Assembly: GCA_031362565.1 (NCBI GenBank)
Contig: JANLSU010000076.1
Coordinates: 1 to 41,687 of the forward strand
Length of the DNA stretch: 41,687 bases
Direction: 5' to 3'
Origin: a bacterium
GTDB lineage: Bacteria; Krumholzibacteriota; Krumholzibacteriia; G020349025
The translations under genes and the position numbers were made by a program. Positions within the stretch are counted from its first letter, which is position 1. Every line of letters begins with the position of its first letter. A model generated the notes under the pieces. The model had not been told where the DNA came from, did not search any database, and saw only the letters and a program-made list of their open reading frames with translations. Positions 39,408 through 41,687 of this stretch are shown here, piece by piece.

Positions 39408-40219
39408 TGCCGCCCGATCCAGGCATGGATCAGGCCATTGTCGCGCTTCGTCGGGCGGCGCAGACCCTCCATAGTCGCGAGGATTTGCTCGGCCAGCAGC
39501 GGGCCCTCCGCGAGTTTCTTGAAAAACCCAAGGTGCACCTGATCAGCCTGCAAGGCTCGTCCGGCGGACCCGCGATTGAACGTTCGAACTTGGCTCTCGA
39601 AGTCTCTGAGACCGTCGACCGCATTCGGCCATTGTTCCCTGCTGGTGTACGAGCTGCACTCACTGCCCTGAAGAGCTACGCTCGAATCTGCACCCACAAC
39701 CAGGGAGCCCGGGCCGCGAACACACCCGAGGGCGTACAGGGCCTTCTCCTCAACTTGGCCATAGTCGAAGGCTACGCGGGAGTCTTGCACCAACTCCTCG
39801 CGGAATCGCGGGAAGAGGACGCATCGACCACAAACGACGCTGACGGGCGCCCGGCGGTTGCGGGATTCCCTACACCAAGTGGCGCTACGTGGGAGGATGT
39901 CCACATACGGTTCAAGGACGGACACACCGTGACGATCCGTGTCCGTGAGGCGCGAGGGATCTACTCCTTCGCGGAGATGGGGATGAGCAATAAGAAGAAC
40001 AGGACGTTCACCAAGCAATGGGCGTTGCTCCAGACCTTTGCCACACACGACGGAACGCTGACGTGGAAGAATCCAGAAGCAGGTCGCAATCTCCAAAAGA
40101 GGCGCGAGGTGCTGGCAAAGAATCTCAAGGCCTTCTTCGGCATCGAGGGTGACCCGATTCGTTTGACCAACGACAGGAAAGGTTGGCAGACACGCTTCTC
40201 GATCCGGCCGGAAAACTGA
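39407..40219 (+). CDS. Hypothetical protein, C-terminal region possibly a winged-helix DNA-binding domain
   Basis: TAATG-coupled to the XRE gene; C-terminus FPTPSGATWEDV.I.F...QKRREVLAKNLKAFFGIEGDPI. Confidence 0.65.
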   Translation: MPPDPGMDQAIVALRRAAQTLHSREDLLGQQRALREFLEKPKVHLISLQGSSGGPAIERSNLALEVSETVDRIRPLFPAGVRAALTALKSYARICTHNQGARAANTPEGVQGLLLNLAIVEGYAGVLHQLLAESREEDASTTNDADGRPAVAGFPTPSGATWEDVHIRFKDGHTVTIRVREARGIYSFAEMGMSNKKNRTFTKQWALLQTFATHDGTLTWKNPEAGRNLQKRREVLAKNLKAFFGIEGDPIRLTNDRKGWQTRFSIRPEN

Positions 40220-40503
40220 CCCGGGGCACCGGCGAAAAATCGCTGGCGCCAATCAGAAAAAATACTGCGATTCGCCGAATTGTGAAACGTCGTAACCCAC
40301 AGTAAGACTGTTTGCTACACCAACGACGCGAACTGCATCGGAGCGCCCGGACCTGTCTCTCGTCGAGATTTCGACATAGGCGGGTGAGAGGTCTGGCGAA
40401 CACCACCTACCGAAGTGAATCCCGGTGAGCCGGGACGTCGCCCCTGGGAGGAATCCTCGCCGGACCTCGCTCCCAGGGGCTTTCGCTTGGATCGGGGTGC
40501 GGC

Positions 40504-40746
40504 GTGTTGGAGGGCAACAGAAAGCGGGCTGAGCTGACGCGCGAGACACTCGCCTTCTGGCAGCCGCGATACTCAAGCCCCCTCAACGAAGAGGATGCTC
40601 GCCAGATCGTCGAAAACGTCGCAGGGTTTTTCGGCGTCCTGCTGGAGTGGGATCGGGCCCTTTCCACTGCGCCAAACCTTGGGACGAAATGTGCTGGCAG
40701 CAGCGGCTCAGATCCTAGTGCGCTGCCGTCGGAGCTCGAGCCATGA
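40504..40746 (+). CDS. Small hypothetical protein of the mobile element
   Basis: 80-aa ORF with ordered core TLAFWQPRYSSPLNEEDARQIVENVAGFFGVLLEW. Confidence 0.6.
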   Translation: MLEGNRKRAELTRETLAFWQPRYSSPLNEEDARQIVENVAGFFGVLLEWDRALSTAPNLGTKCAGSSGSDPSALPSELEP

Positions 40747-40798
40747 GTGGCGGCGCCAAGAGCACTACAGCGCGTGGCATGACGCGAGGTGTGTGGCC

Positions 40799-41687
40799 AT
40801 GAGCGAACGTCCCGCGACCACGGCGTCGCTCGCCGACACGCTCCCACTGCGCGAACCTGCTGCAACGGAGGCCACCGAACGCGCCGTGCTCGGCGCGCTC
40901 TACATCGGCGCCCACCCTTGGGGCGCGAACGTGAAGCGCCTCCAGCCGCACATGTTCACGCGTGCCGAGCACAGGCTCATATTTCAGGCTATGCAGCTCC
41001 TGCACGCCGACGGGACGCAATTCGACTTGCCCGCCCTATTGAACCAGCTCCGCAACATGGGGGGCGCCGCATTGGCGCTCTCGGAGCTAACCGAGCTACG
41101 CGACATCACAGCCACGGCGGCGAACGTTGAACACCACGCGAACACTCTGCTGGGGGAATGGCGTCGGCGGGAAATGGGCGAACTCGGCCGGCGCCTGCAG
41201 CGGGCCGCCGAATCGGACACCGCGACACCAGAAACAGTCGCGCGCTTGCACCGCCTAGAACTGGACGTGCTCGATCGTATCGCCGGCGGCAGGTCGCCTG
41301 ACAGCCGATTCCTTGACGCTTCGATCACCGCCGCCGACCTGCTCGCGATGCAGCTGGAAAAGCCCCGTTCCCTGTTGGGGGACGGTCTCCTGGTGGAAGG
41401 TGGCCTTCTGCTTTTCTACGGGCGCCCCGGCGTCGGCAAGACGTGGGCCGCGCTTCAGCTAGCAGTATCGCTCGCACGCGGCGAATCATGGTTCGGGATT
41501 CCGACGATCCCGGTGCGGGTTGGGCTCTTGTCGCTCGAGTTGCCACAAGCATACATGCTGGAGCGTCTGCGCGTGGTGGTGGACGACACCCGCGAGGGGC
41601 TGGACGGCCTACACATTGACACGCGCCCCCAGTTACGCGGCGCGGTGGATGTTCAGGACCCGTCGCACCGCGCGGGACTCGTCGAGT
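40799..41687 (+). CDS. DnaB N-terminal-like domain fused to AAA_25/RepA-type SF4 helicase (partial, runs off the window)
   Basis: Manual translation: ERAVLGAL...F....HRLIFQAM..L...DL..L (DnaB-N), then LLFYGRPGVGKTW (Walker A) and LLSLE; missing from the ORF track because there is no stop. Confidence 0.85.
   Translation, partial: MSERPATTASLADTLPLREPAATEATERAVLGALYIGAHPWGANVKRLQPHMFTRAEHRLIFQAMQLLHADGTQFDLPALLNQLRNMGGAALALSELTELRDITATAANVEHHANTLLGEWRRREMGELGRRLQRAAESDTATPETVARLHRLELDVLDRIAGGRSPDSRFLDASITAADLLAMQLEKPRSLLGDGLLVEGGLLLFYGRPGVGKTWAALQLAVSLARGESWFGIPTIPVRVGLLSLELPQAYMLERLRVVVDDTREGLDGLHIDTRPQLRGAVDVQDPSHRAGLVE

Larger units (their letters stand above)
37316..41687. mobile_element. 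Integrative element (prophage satellite/ICE-like) at tRNA-Asn; right end outside the window
   Basis: Integrase adjoining a tRNA, divergent XRE gene, replication helicase; visibly less GC-rich than the flanking genes. Confidence 0.8.

Overview
High-GC diderm bacterial chromosome segment (it carries LPS heptose genes; the phylum cannot be assigned from the sequence alone). Bases 1-16.5 kb hold the end of tuf and a complete, contiguous S10-spc-alpha ribosomal protein superoperon (rpsJ to rplQ, including secY, adk, map, infA, rpmJ, rpoA), closed by an intrinsic terminator. Several of these proteins carry long Lys/Ala/Gly-rich extensions. Next comes a two-gene DUF692/MNIO (multinuclear non-heme iron oxidative enzyme) plus partner cassette with an altered metal-ligand set and no evident precursor peptide. 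It is followed by about 1 kb of non-coding DNA between convergent genes containing a 37-bp tandem repeat, a CRP/Rex-like box and two same-architecture 38-bp elements. Bases 19.5-37.1 kb hold envelope glycosylation genes (GT-C-like, GT9, GT4, gmhA, hldE), peptidases, an amidohydrolase, methyltransferases, beta-barrel proteins, a probably truncated DUF4440 gene and an RlmD-family methyltransferase. From 37.3 kb to the end, tRNA-Asn(GTT) is followed by an integrated element: a large serine recombinase whose stop codon lies in the tRNA anticodon loop, an XRE regulator, hypothetical genes, a structured non-coding leader and a DnaB-N/AAA_25 helicase that runs off the window.
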